A program made the translations under genes and the position numbers. From positions 2,123-66,122 of the forward strand of contig CANPZN010000002.1 in the NCBI GenBank assembly GCA_947588785.1: DNA of 64,000 bases. The letters are read 5' to 3'. The first letter of the stretch is position 1. Each line of letters starts with the position of its first letter. Source of the stretch: Candidatus Gastranaerophilales bacterium. Lineage in GTDB: Bacteria; Cyanobacteriota; Vampirovibrionia; Gastranaerophilales; Gastranaerophilaceae. A model generated the notes under the pieces. That model was given only the letters and a program-made list of their open reading frames with translations, was not told the DNA's origin and did no database searches. Shown here one piece after another: positions 21,152-30,165 of the stretch.

Positions 21152-21540
21152 TGGTGTGCCGAAACTAAACAAAATTGAATCAGAACAATCAGCCAGAATT
21201 TGTCCGAGAAAATTTTGCAATAAGTAACGTGAGCGAAATTTGAGAAAGGGTGAAACAAACCCGAGTAGCGAAGGGGCTGAAATGAGCGGCAGCGATAGCG
21301 AGCGAATGACAAGCCCCAAGACAGCAAATTTCAAGACAGCGAAATTTGCGAAAGGGTACCGGCAAATCCGGTTTAAAATTGGATTAACGGAATTTCGTAC
21401 AGCCAAAGGCGGACTGGCTTGTACGAAAGGGGATTTCAAGACAATTTAAATGAGTTAAACTAAACTTATAAAGTGCCACTGCACCAAACCCGAGAATGTG
21501 AGGGCAAAGGGAACACAAGGTTACGACACTAGGTTCAAAT
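21152..21540 (+). repeat. Composite array (R7) containing nearly every module of the repeat family
   Basis: About 390 bp of G+C-rich sequence in an AT-rich background. Sub-blocks recur at 16792-16927, 22924-23068, 23993-24051, 25233-25376, 29375-29585 and 36443-36542. Confidence 0.85.
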
Positions 21541-21629
21541 TTTTTAAACAAGATTCAAACATCTATAATTTGTAATAAATAAATATATTAAGGGAAAAAG
21601 AAAAAATATAATAAAATTTAAAATAAAAA

Positions 21630-21719
21630 CGGAGAAGGAGAGATTCGAACTCTCGGTGCAGATTACTCCACACAACACCTTAGCAGGGTGCCGCCTTAAA
21701 CCTACTCGGCCACTTCTCC
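21630..21719 (-). tRNA. tRNA-Ser (anticodon GCU)
   Basis: Manually folded. Acceptor GGAGAAG/CTTCTCC+G, anticodon loop CTGCTAA, about 20-nt variable arm, T-arm GAGAG-TTCGAAT-CTCTC. CCA is not encoded. Confidence 0.9.
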
Positions 21720-21843
21720 ACCAAAGTATGATTATACTAACATAAATATTACTTCAATACAAGTATAAAAATCTTAATATTAAAAACAAATATATAGATT
21801 TTATAATCTGGTTAAGATAATATGACATTGAGGATATGGTTTT

Positions 21844-22899
21844 ATGAAGATATATAATAATTTTAGCATTGGTAATATTGTGAAATACAATACCAGAAAA
21901 GTAGACAGCGTTCCTGCTTTAAAAATGGAAACAATACAAGATTCGTTTACGTTTAGCGGAAGGCAAAAATCGAGTAATGGCGAGTGGAGTGTAATTTATT
22001 CAATAAAAAAAGATCCGGAAAATTATCAAGAAAATATAAAAAAATTGCGTAAAATTGCAAGAAAAGGATTATATTCCGGAAGATTCGGAGCCGATAAAAC
22101 ATTGCAAAGATATGATTATCATGTTTTTATGGACTCACACAAAAAACCACTATTATTAATGAGAGTTTCAGGCAGAAATGTAAATGAAATAAGAAGTAAT
22201 AAAGATGGAACAATTGATGGCGAATATATAAATTTAATAAATGATTACATTGCTAAAAACAATTTAGTAACATCAGGTTCTGCAAGTATTGAAATGGAAA
22301 TTACTAATAATAGAACCGAAAGATTAAAAAAATATAAAAATGATTTGGCAGCTGCTATTCATGAAAATAATGTTGAAAGAATATTTCATTATTTCAATAT
22401 AAAAACAGATAAAGATTCAGAAGGAAATCTCAGTATTTCAGAATATAGGCAGCCGGATTGTGAAATTACATATAAAGATATTGGGATAGATGAAAGAAAT
22501 TTAGTTGAACATGTTGTCACGGTAGACGGTGACGCAGATTTTAGCAGAAGTTCTTTGGTAATACCCGGAGCAATTGAATATATAGGTGGAAATGCAAAAT
22601 TTACACATTCAAACATAATTCATTTGGGTAATATTGAAGTTATAGAAGGTGATGCGGATTTTAATGACTCAAAAGTTAAATATCTGTCAAAACTTGAGTA
22701 TATTGGCGGAAATGCAAACTTTAGAGGATCAAAAATAGTTTCACTTGAAAATTTGGAGCATATAGAAAATAATGCTTTCTTTAGAGAATCAGCAGTTTCT
22801 GATATAGGAAGATTAAATTATATAGGTGGTGATATTACATATATAAATTCACCGCTTACAAAGAAACATTTTATAAATGTAGCAAGAAGAGCAAAATAA
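21844..22899 (+). CDS. Leucine-rich-repeat protein (BspA-like about 22-aa repeats) with unknown N-terminal domain
   Basis: C-terminal tandem units IEYIGGNAKFTHSNIIHLGN / IEVIEGDADFNDSKVKYLSK / LEYIGGNANFRGSKIVSLEN and so on. Confidence 0.7.
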   Translation: MKIYNNFSIGNIVKYNTRKVDSVPALKMETIQDSFTFSGRQKSSNGEWSVIYSIKKDPENYQENIKKLRKIARKGLYSGRFGADKTLQRYDYHVFMDSHKKPLLLMRVSGRNVNEIRSNKDGTIDGEYINLINDYIAKNNLVTSGSASIEMEITNNRTERLKKYKNDLAAAIHENNVERIFHYFNIKTDKDSEGNLSISEYRQPDCEITYKDIGIDERNLVEHVVTVDGDADFSRSSLVIPGAIEYIGGNAKFTHSNIIHLGNIEVIEGDADFNDSKVKYLSKLEYIGGNANFRGSKIVSLENLEHIENNAFFRESAVSDIGRLNYIGGDITYINSPLTKKHFINVARRAK

Positions 22900-22923
22900 A
22901 AAAAAATGTATCAGGAGGCTATA

Positions 22924-23068
22924 CAAGCGAATTTTCCGTTGAATGCCAATAGAGCCGGTTTAAATTGGATTAGTTTCAAGATAAATATAAAAAACAAACC
23001 TATTTTAAATGTGCCGCTGAAACAACTTCAGGAATGGTTATTTGCAAATTGTGACCATCGGATTAATT
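22924..23068 (+). repeat. Repeat-family copy (R8)
   Basis: CCGGTTTAAATTGGATTA (22955-22972) matches 21368-21386. Ends in GTGACCATCGGATTAAT. Confidence 0.7.
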
Positions 23069-23971
23069 TATATGTTCATTATTTTGGATAAATAAATTAT
23101 CAGAGTCTGTTATTGTATCAGTTGTTATTGCTTTACAATCTAAATTAAGCATCTTATTTAATTGATTTTGTTCATTTACAGTCCAAGATTCAAAATCAAA
23201 ACCTGCATTCTCTATTAAATCGGATGTTTCTTCTGAAATTTTCGTATATTTAATATCTAAAAATACTTCATTTTTATCAGTTTTTAAATTATCTAAAATT
23301 TCTATAGTTTCATTATTCGGTTCAGTTTTGGAAAGATAACCGATTCTTGCCTCAGGCATAATATCATTAATAATTTTAAGATAGTCATTTTCAAAACTTA
23401 TCCAGGTAATATTATTTTCTAATCCTGCCTCTTTAACTTTATCAATAAGGATTTGTGCTTTTTCTCTATTAAAATCAGTTGATTCTTTCAAATCAACATA
23501 TAAATTAAGTCCATAATCTTTACAACAAGTCAATATTTCATTAAAAGTCGGAATTTTAGTTCCTTTATATTCTTTATTTTTCCATATTCCGAAATCATAT
23601 TTTTGCAATTCTTTAAAAGAACATTTTGAGCATTTTTTAGGAAATATAAATTTCCAACCGTTGGATTTTCTTGCAGTTCGATTAATGGTATCATCGTGTA
23701 ATAGAACGGGTACATTATCTTTTGTCCATTCAATATCGCATTCAACAGTTTTAAAACCTGCTTCTGCGGCTGCGATATATGCAGGGATAGTGTTTTCAGG
23801 AGCAATTGAGCTTAGTCCTCTATGGGCAATTAATTCTATTGAATCATTAATTTTATCTGTTTGAATATTGGATTGTTCCTGATTATCATAAGTTTCATTA
23901 TTCAATAGATTGTTGAAGTAAATCTTTTGCGGATTATAAATAGGTAAATTGACTATACTCTCAAATGACAT
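23063..23971 (-). CDS. Glycerophosphodiester phosphodiesterase family protein
   Basis: IAHRGLSSIAPENT...ECDIEWTKDNVPVLLHDDTINRT (GDPD HRG/ENT/E.D/HD motifs). Confidence 0.88.
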   Translation of the reverse strand: MSFESIVNLPIYNPQKIYFNNLLNNETYDNQEQSNIQTDKINDSIELIAHRGLSSIAPENTIPAYIAAAEAGFKTVECDIEWTKDNVPVLLHDDTINRTARKSNGWKFIFPKKCSKCSFKELQKYDFGIWKNKEYKGTKIPTFNEILTCCKDYGLNLYVDLKESTDFNREKAQILIDKVKEAGLENNITWISFENDYLKIINDIMPEARIGYLSKTEPNNETIEILDNLKTDKNEVFLDIKYTKISEETSDLIENAGFDFESWTVNEQNQLNKMLNLDCKAITTDTITDSDNLFIQNNEHIN

Positions 23972-23992
23972 ATTGACATATCCCGTTTAAAT

Positions 23993-24051
23993 TGTCTGAG
24001 AAAATTTCGCAATAATGAACGTGAACGAAATTTTGCGACACTAGATTAAAT
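23993..24051 (+). repeat. Repeat-family copy (R9): hairpin module plus terminal module
   Basis: TGTCTGAGAAAATTTCGCAATAATGAACGTGAACGAAATTTTGCGACACTAGATTAAAT with a 9-bp stem AAAATTTCG/CGAAATTTT. Confidence 0.75.
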
Positions 24052-24139
24052 ATATAAAAAAATTTTTTAGATAAAAATTGATTTATATAAATAAAATTGA
24101 AAAAAAATTTACAAATCAAACCTTTGAATTGTGTCTAGT

Positions 24140-25291
24140 CTAAAAATCAAAATTTAATTCTTGCTGAATGTTTAAAGAACCAAGGTTAAAGCATTTACAA
24201 GCAAAAGGAGTTAATTTTCTACCCCGTGGTGTCCTTTGAATAAAACCTTTTTGAAGTAAATAAGGTTCATAAACATCTTCAATAGTTTTTGAATCTTCCC
24301 CTAAAGCGGTAGCAATAGTTTCAATTCCAACGGGGCCTCCATTGTATTTATTTGCAATTAAATTAATAAGGCTGCGATCAGTATTATCAAGTCCGTATTT
24401 ATCAATTTGCAAAATATCAAGTGATTGATTAGCTAATTTTTCATTAATAAATCCATTTGATTTTACAATCGCATAATCTCTTACTCGCTTAACTAAACGA
24501 TTAGCAATTCTTGGAGTACCTCTTGATCTTTTTGCAATAGCATAAGCTCCATTTTCATCAATTTCAATTTCTAATATTTGAGCAGTTCTTTTTATAACTT
24601 TTGCAAGTTCATCTTCAGTATAAAATTCAAGTCGATGAATAATTCCAAATCTGTCTCTTAACGGGCCGGATAAAGAACCTGCTTTTGTAGTAGCACCAAT
24701 AAGCGTAAATTTGGGAATGGGAATTCTAATTGATTTCAAAGTTTGAGCTTTACCTGTAGTCATATCTAAATAAAAATCTTCCATAGCCGGATATAAAATT
24801 TCTTCAGATATTTTGTTTAATCTGTGTATTTCATCTATAAATAAAATATCACCTGCTTTTAATGCCATTAAAATACCAATGATATCTCTGGGGCGTTCAA
24901 AAGAAGGTGCAGATGTAATTTTTATATTAGCATTCATCTCAGTAGCGATAACAGAAGCAAGAGTAGTTTTTCCTAATCCTGGCGGGCCGTAAAATAATAT
25001 GTGATCCAGAGGAAGTTCTCTCTTCTTCGCAGCTTCAATAGATATTTTTAAAGTCGACTTTAATGAACTTTGTCCAACATAATCATCAAAATGTTTCGGT
25101 CTTATAGTAGATTCAAAAGATGTATCAAAAGGAATGTGTTCAGATGTTGTATCTTCATTTTTTAACTTTTCAAATTTATTATTATCATCATCTGAAATTA
25201 TAGCCACGGGTTCTTCTTTCTTATTTGTGCTTGCTGTCTTGAAATTTGCTGTCTTGGGGCTTGTCATTCGCTCGCTATTGCTGCCGCTCAT
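24140..25291 (-). CDS. ruvB: Holliday junction branch-migration helicase RuvB
   Basis: [28 protein letters not shown], and a C-terminal winged helix. The annotated ATG and first ~20 codons lie inside repeat R10; an alternative GTG start is possible at 25207. Confidence 0.95.
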   Translation of the reverse strand: MSGSNSERMTSPKTANFKTASTNKKEEPVAIISDDDNNKFEKLKNEDTTSEHIPFDTSFESTIRPKHFDDYVGQSSLKSTLKISIEAAKKRELPLDHILFYGPPGLGKTTLASVIATEMNANIKITSAPSFERPRDIIGILMALKAGDILFIDEIHRLNKISEEILYPAMEDFYLDMTTGKAQTLKSIRIPIPKFTLIGATTKAGSLSGPLRDRFGIIHRLEFYTEDELAKVIKRTAQILEIEIDENGAYAIAKRSRGTPRIANRLVKRVRDYAIVKSNGFINEKLANQSLDILQIDKYGLDNTDRSLINLIANKYNGGPVGIETIATALGEDSKTIEDVYEPYLLQKGFIQRTPRGRKLTPFACKCFNLGSLNIQQELNFDF

Positions 25292-25376
25292 TTCAGCCCC
25301 TTAGCTACTCGGGTTCACTTTGTTTCACCCTTTCGCAAATTTCGCTCTCTTTCCGAACCAACAAAATTTTCTCGGA
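25233..25376 (-). repeat. Repeat-family copy (R10), inverted partner of 21203-21340
   Basis: Hand alignment: the reverse complement of 25233-25313 equals 21260-21340 with 2 mismatches in 81 nt. The outer part shares TCCGAGAAAATTTTG and AGCGAAATTTG.GAAAGGGTGAAACAAA. Confidence 0.9.
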
Positions 25377-25498
25377 TATAATAATATAATAACATTCATA
25401 AAATTTTTAGGAAATAAGTTAATAATTTCTTTTTTTAATACTAATTTATATTTCTTTAATTTATAATATAATCAAAAGAGCATGAGAGGTATTTAAGA

Positions 25499-26980
25499 TT
25501 GGATATTAATGAATTAATAATTGAATCATCTTCAAAACAAAGACAAGCATTATTAAATAAAGATGTTAGTGCAACAGAATTAGTAAAAGCGATATATGAT
25601 CAAGTCGAATCAGTTGATGAAGAAATAGGTGCATATAACTCATTAACAAAAGAATATGCCCTAGAAACAGCAAAAAAAGTTGATGAAAAAATTAATAGGG
25701 GTGAAGAACTCCCTCCATTAGCCGGTATACCATTAGCCTTAAAAGATAATATTAATTTAAAAGGTTATAAAACAACGGCATCAAGTAAAATACTTTCTAA
25801 TTTTATATCACCTTATGATGCGACAGTGTCACAAAAAATAAAAAATAATTTAATTCCGATTATAGGAAAAGCAAATTTAGATGAATTTGCAATGGGTTCA
25901 AGTAATGAAAATTCTGCTACAAGAATCGTAAGAAATCCGTGGAATAAAAATAAAGTACCCGGAGGCAGTTCCGGAGGAAGTGCAGCGGCAGTTGCGGCAG
26001 GTGAAGCAACAATAGCATTAGGCTCTGATACCGGAGGAAGTATTAGGTTACCTGCAAGCTATTGCGGTTTAGTAGGACTAAAACCGACATATGGAAGAGT
26101 ATCAAGGTATGGATTAATAGCATTTGCTTCTTCTTTGGATCAAATAGGGCCAATAACAAAAACAGTTGAAGATGCAGCATTATTACTGAATGTAATAGCA
26201 GGTCATGATGAGCATGATTCTACATCATTAAACCAATCAGTGCCTGATTTCACAAAAGATTTGAAAAAAGATTTAAAAGGAATAAAAATAGGATATATCA
26301 AAGAATTATGTACTGAAGGTCTGGCTTCAGATGTGGATAAAGCAATAAAAAAAGCAATAGAAGTATATAAAACAATGGGAGCAGAAATTGTAGAAATTTC
26401 ACTTCCTTTGATTAAATACTCGATAGCAGTATATTATGTTGTTGCAACAGCAGAAGCAAGTTCAAATTTGGCAAGATTTGACGGGGTAAAATATGGCTAT
26501 AGAGCAAGTGATGCAGATACATTATATGATATGTATGTTAAAACTCGTGCTCAAGGATTCGGCCCTGAGGTTAAACGCAGAATAATGTTAGGTACATATG
26601 CTTTGAGTTCCGGATATTATGATGCATATTATAAAAAAGCTCAACAGCTAAGACGTCTTGTAAAAAATGATTTTGATAATGCGTTCAAAAAAGTTGATGT
26701 GTTATTATCTCCGACATGCCCACATACGGCATTTGATATAGGTTCAAAAATAGAAGATCCGTTGAGTATGTATTTAACAGATATTGCAACAATTACGGCT
26801 AATTTGGCAGGAATACCCGCAATGAATGTTCCTGTTGGATTAGATTCCACGGGGATGCCTATAGGTTTACAGCTTCAATCAGATTGTTTAAATGAACAAA
26901 AATTATTAAATGTTGCCTTTAAGTTAGAAGAAGCTGTACAATTTAATTATGGTACTCCTATAAAAATGTTGGTAAAATGA
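25499..26980 (+). CDS. gatA: Glutamyl-tRNA(Gln) amidotransferase subunit A
   Basis: Amidase signature GGSSGGSAAAVAAGE...GSDTGGSIR. Apparent TTG start with GAGAGG upstream. Confidence 0.95.
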   Translation: MDINELIIESSSKQRQALLNKDVSATELVKAIYDQVESVDEEIGAYNSLTKEYALETAKKVDEKINRGEELPPLAGIPLALKDNINLKGYKTTASSKILSNFISPYDATVSQKIKNNLIPIIGKANLDEFAMGSSNENSATRIVRNPWNKNKVPGGSSGGSAAAVAAGEATIALGSDTGGSIRLPASYCGLVGLKPTYGRVSRYGLIAFASSLDQIGPITKTVEDAALLLNVIAGHDEHDSTSLNQSVPDFTKDLKKDLKGIKIGYIKELCTEGLASDVDKAIKKAIEVYKTMGAEIVEISLPLIKYSIAVYYVVATAEASSNLARFDGVKYGYRASDADTLYDMYVKTRAQGFGPEVKRRIMLGTYALSSGYYDAYYKKAQQLRRLVKNDFDNAFKKVDVLLSPTCPHTAFDIGSKIEDPLSMYLTDIATITANLAGIPAMNVPVGLDSTGMPIGLQLQSDCLNEQKLLNVAFKLEEAVQFNYGTPIKMLVK

Positions 26981-27855
26981 AGAAAAAATTATTATTTAAA
27001 ATTCTAATATTTGTACTTTGTATATTTTTATCTGAATCAGTATATGCATATGATGATGAAGATATAAGTGATGAAATGAAAACAAAGGCTGCGATTGCCT
27101 ATAAAAAAGGTGTTTCACTGGAAAAAATGCGAGCTTATGATAGTGCAATATCTTGTTTCAATGAAGCATTATCATATGATCCTAAAATGTATGATGCATA
27201 TTATAATATTGCCTCAATATATGTAAAACAAAAAAAATATGATGAAGCGTATAATGCATATATAAAGGTAATAGCATTAAATCCGAGTGATTATGATTCA
27301 ATTTTACAGGCTGCAAAAATTTCATATAATCGTCAAAATTATTCTTTGGCATTAAAATATTTGAAGTATATTCCTGAAGATTATCAATACTACTATGTAG
27401 TTGAGCAATTAATAAGAGATTCAGAGGAAATGTTTAATAACCAGACGGGAAAGATTGAAAGATCAAAGGTTACAACATCAAATAAGAACAAAAGAGTATT
27501 GTTAGATAATTTTGAATCACCAGCAGGGATGTCTGTAGATTCGGAAGGAAATATATTTGTTGCTTGTTATTCTGATAATTCGATAGTAAAAGTAGATAAA
27601 GCAAATAAAAGGACAAATTTTGTCAAAGGAAATCTTTTAGACGGCCCGGTTGGATTAGCTATTGATAAATATGATAATATTTATGTAGCAAATTTTGATG
27701 CGAATAATATTATAAAAATAACAAAAGGCGGTATAGCAAGTGTATTTATGAGTAATGTCTCAAAGCCTTATTTTCTATATATTAAAAATGATGTCCTATA
27801 TATTTCCGAGCAGGGCAATGATGCAGTTTTAAAATATGATTTAAGCAGAAATTAA
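26977..27855 (+). CDS. Secreted TPR plus NHL-repeat protein
   Basis: Signal peptide, TPR units (YDAYYNIASIYVKQKKYDEA), NHL-like units (PAGMSVDSEGNIFVA, PVGLAIDKYDNIYVA). ATGA overlap with gatA. Confidence 0.7.
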   Translation: MKKKLLFKILIFVLCIFLSESVYAYDDEDISDEMKTKAAIAYKKGVSLEKMRAYDSAISCFNEALSYDPKMYDAYYNIASIYVKQKKYDEAYNAYIKVIALNPSDYDSILQAAKISYNRQNYSLALKYLKYIPEDYQYYYVVEQLIRDSEEMFNNQTGKIERSKVTTSNKNKRVLLDNFESPAGMSVDSEGNIFVACYSDNSIVKVDKANKRTNFVKGNLLDGPVGLAIDKYDNIYVANFDANNIIKITKGGIASVFMSNVSKPYFLYIKNDVLYISEQGNDAVLKYDLSRN

Positions 27856-27869
27856 ATTATCAATGTTAA

Positions 27870-27963
27870 CAGAGTGAAAATAGAGTGTATTTAAAAACTG
27901 TGTAACATTGTGCGTTAATGGCACCGTATTAAATCAAGACGGTAAAGGAAATTCTGGGGCATT
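27870..27963 (+). repeat. Repeat-family copy (R11)
   Basis: CTGTGTAACATTGTGCG...AATGGCACCGTATTAAAT...GGAAATTCTGGGGC modules between convergent genes. Confidence 0.5.
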
Positions 27964-27966
27964 GAA

Positions 27967-29679
27967 TTATTTAAATCTTTTATAAAAACTTCCGCCAACT
28001 TCAAATAAATTTGTATGTTTTTTTACATAATCATTAAAAGTTTCTATTTGGGTTCTGTCAATACCGGTATCTAAATCATAGCTAGGCACAACAGTTTCAA
28101 AAGCTGTAAGCATTCCTTTAGATTTTTCTTGTAATGTGTTAATAAAATTGATTACCCTTGGAAATTCATGTGAATCTTTTTCATCATAGTAATGAGATAA
28201 ATAAAATGGAGCACAAATTGCAATAATAGGGTGTTGTGATTCTTTTGAGAGGCAATCAATTAAATCATCAAAAGGATTTTCAGCAGCAGAAACGACTTTT
28301 CCTTTTTCTTCATCATAATGAGTTGAATATTCTTCAAATATGGATTTTATTGTTTTATTTAATTCTTTGCCTTTTATGATATCAGAGTCAATGGCAGAAA
28401 ATTCAGAATCATTAGATCCTTTATTAATTACATATAAATTATTGAATATGTCTTCAGATTCTTCAAGAACATCTTTAGGAGTCATGTAATTTCTTCCTAT
28501 TGCAAGATCACCTTTAGTTTCAACATATTCTCTGGCACGCCAATAAAGATTGGAAACTGTAAAATCTTTATTATATTTATGTCTGTTTTGTTCAGCGAAT
28601 TCAATAACGGTATATCCGAATTCAGGATATAATTGAGTAACCTTTTTTATAAAATTAATAATAGTATTTCTTCTTCCTTTAATAATATTTTGAAGGAATG
28701 TAGAAAAATTTTCGGAAAAAGGATTAATACCATAAACAAGCATTTCACTATTTTCATAACCAATAAAAGACCCGGGAGCTTCATGGGCAAAAGTCAGTTT
28801 TACAGCGGGAACAAATTTTAAATGTTTAAATTTTTCAGGATTATCATTAATAATTCTTATTGCGTGTTTAACACCTTCAACGGTATCTCTGTCTGTAAGT
28901 GCAAAAATAAAATCTTTTCCTGTTTGTTTATAATATTTATTTGAAAATTTTGCAATATTTTCAAGAATATCAAAAATATTTTCTTGTCCGTTGGAGTAAC
29001 TGCTGTGATAATCCAGATCAATAAAATAAATACCTTTTTCTTGATTTTGTTTAGAAGAGATAAAATTTTCTTTATTTAACTGAGGCAGTAATTGTTTTAA
29101 TTCAGAAGGAGTTACTATGCTTTGTAAATTTGAAGTTTGTATGGGTTTCCATGTAAATTGGCTTAAACCTTGAGCTAATTCAAAAATATATTTATCTTTT
29201 GTTCCATTATCATTAATAATAACAGGTTCAGTCATAATAGTTTTTCCGGGGAAAAGAGAAGAAAGGAATTTTCCGCTAAAAGATATATTTTTTGTATTAT
29301 CCGCACAATTAGAATTTAATTTAGTGTCACGACATTGTGCTTGCAGTCTTGAATTTTCCTTTATCACATTTCGCTTCGCTATGGATACAGGCTCATTGAT
29401 TTTGCCTATCGGCTCAATAATTCGCTTTGTATCAAATGAGTGCTTCACAGCATTTCGTTTTTCGTTCAGCTCGTCCTCACATTCTCGGGTTTGTTCACTT
29501 TTGCTCGACTTCACCCTACGGAAAATTCGCTCATCTGAGCGGTAAAGTTGCTCACCTTTTAAAAATGCCACTCCAAAATTTATGGAAAATGAATCAGAAG
29601 TTGTGGAATTATGCGCAAAAGAATTTCTTTTTCCTTGATAAAAGTATTTATTATATATAACTGAATTTTGAATTTTCAT
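27967..29679 (-). CDS. PHP (TrpH/YciV-like) domain protein with degenerate metal-binding motifs and a repeat-derived N-terminal insert
   Basis: DLDYHSSYSNG (cf. DLHxHTxxSDG), ALTDRDTVEG (cf. TDHD), MLVYGINP, GGSFYKR (cf. GSDFH). GGTGA SD 5 nt upstream, 13 nt after the upstream stop. Confidence 0.4.
   Translation of the reverse strand: MKIQNSVIYNKYFYQGKRNSFAHNSTTSDSFSINFGVAFLKGEQLYRSDERIFRRVKSSKSEQTRECEDELNEKRNAVKHSFDTKRIIEPIGKINEPVSIAKRNVIKENSRLQAQCRDTKLNSNCADNTKNISFSGKFLSSLFPGKTIMTEPVIINDNGTKDKYIFELAQGLSQFTWKPIQTSNLQSIVTPSELKQLLPQLNKENFISSKQNQEKGIYFIDLDYHSSYSNGQENIFDILENIAKFSNKYYKQTGKDFIFALTDRDTVEGVKHAIRIINDNPEKFKHLKFVPAVKLTFAHEAPGSFIGYENSEMLVYGINPFSENFSTFLQNIIKGRRNTIINFIKKVTQLYPEFGYTVIEFAEQNRHKYNKDFTVSNLYWRAREYVETKGDLAIGRNYMTPKDVLEESEDIFNNLYVINKGSNDSEFSAIDSDIIKGKELNKTIKSIFEEYSTHYDEEKGKVVSAAENPFDDLIDCLSKESQHPIIAICAPFYLSHYYDEKDSHEFPRVINFINTLQEKSKGMLTAFETVVPSYDLDTGIDRTQIETFNDYVKKHTNLFEVGGSFYKRFK
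29375..29585 (-). repeat. Repeat-family copy (R12) embedded in frame in the 27967-29679 ORF
   Basis: CCTCACATTCTCGGGTTT (29475-29492) is the reverse complement of 21486-21503. GGATACAGGCT (29383-29393) equals 36475-36485. GAGCGAATTTTCCGTAGGGTGAAG-type block on the minus strand. Confidence 0.8.
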
Positions 29680-29692
29680 TTTTCACCATTTG

Positions 29693-29971
29693 TTATTTCA
29701 ATTTTTTTAGTAATAAAATACCTATAGTTGAAATAAGTCCCATTTTAAAAATATTATTGAGTTTTATTTTTTTCTTTTCATTAGATTTATAATTTGTATA
29801 TTTAAATTCATCTCTGATTTGTTTATTTTCTTTGAGAGCATTGTTTAATGAATATTTCGGCAGGGCTTGAGCCACTGTAATATTATTGTAAGACGCTTTA
29901 CCTTTGAAGAAATTTTGAGTATCGTCGATGTTATTAATATTGATAGATTGGGAATTTATTAAATTAGTCAT
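29693..29971 (-). CDS. Small tail-anchored membrane protein
   Basis: Start moved to MTNLINS (GGAG 6 nt upstream). C-terminal TM MGLISTIGILLL flanked by Lys. Confidence 0.5.
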   Translation of the reverse strand: MTNLINSQSININNIDDTQNFFKGKASYNNITVAQALPKYSLNNALKENKQIRDEFKYTNYKSNEKKKIKLNNIFKMGLISTIGILLLKKLK

Positions 29972-30165
29972 AGTTTCTCCGTGATGAAAATAAATGTACA
30001 AAATAAATAAATATTGTCATAAAAATTATAATATTTACTTAAATTTTACAAAAATTTACAAAAAATAGTGTAAAATTTTGTTAAAATTGTTGATAAAAAG
30101 GGGCAATAAAAAGCATTCAGATGAATTAAAATAATATAAATTTCTGCATGAAAAAGGAGTAAAAC

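Noticed and set aside
21101-21449. ORF-track entries 21101-21439(-), 21139-21327(-) and 21240-21449(+)
   Set aside because: They lie wholly in the repeat array. The open frames are a consequence of the higher G+C content. There are no SD-plus-gene-context arguments beyond the repeat-borne ATG.
21152-21540. Possible CRISPR array or tmRNA in the G+C-rich block next to tRNA-Ser (units ending GAAAG; GGGGCTGA... resembles a tmRNA 5' end)
   Set aside because: There is no regular repeat-spacer periodicity. The units are 15-35 nt, heterogeneous and contiguous. The GGGGCTGAAATGAGCGG segment recurs inverted at 25290, so it is a dispersed repeat and not a single-copy tmRNA. No cas genes are present.
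21630-25376. Genomic island or prophage integrated at tRNA-Ser
   Set aside because: There is no integrase, no direct repeat of the tRNA 3' end, and the flanking genes include core ruvB. The composition matches the rest of the window.
29324-29660. Plus-strand ORFs 29324-29545 and 29427-29660
   Set aside because: They are antisense to the 27967-29679 CDS and coincide with repeat R12, so they are a compositional artefact.
30040-30095. Direct and inverted TTTACAAAA/TTTTGTAAA words in the divergent promoter region as an operator
   Set aside because: Only a 10-bp AT-only inverted repeat is present. This is easily produced by chance in such AT-rich DNA, so it is mentioned under the GH13 finding but not called as a site.
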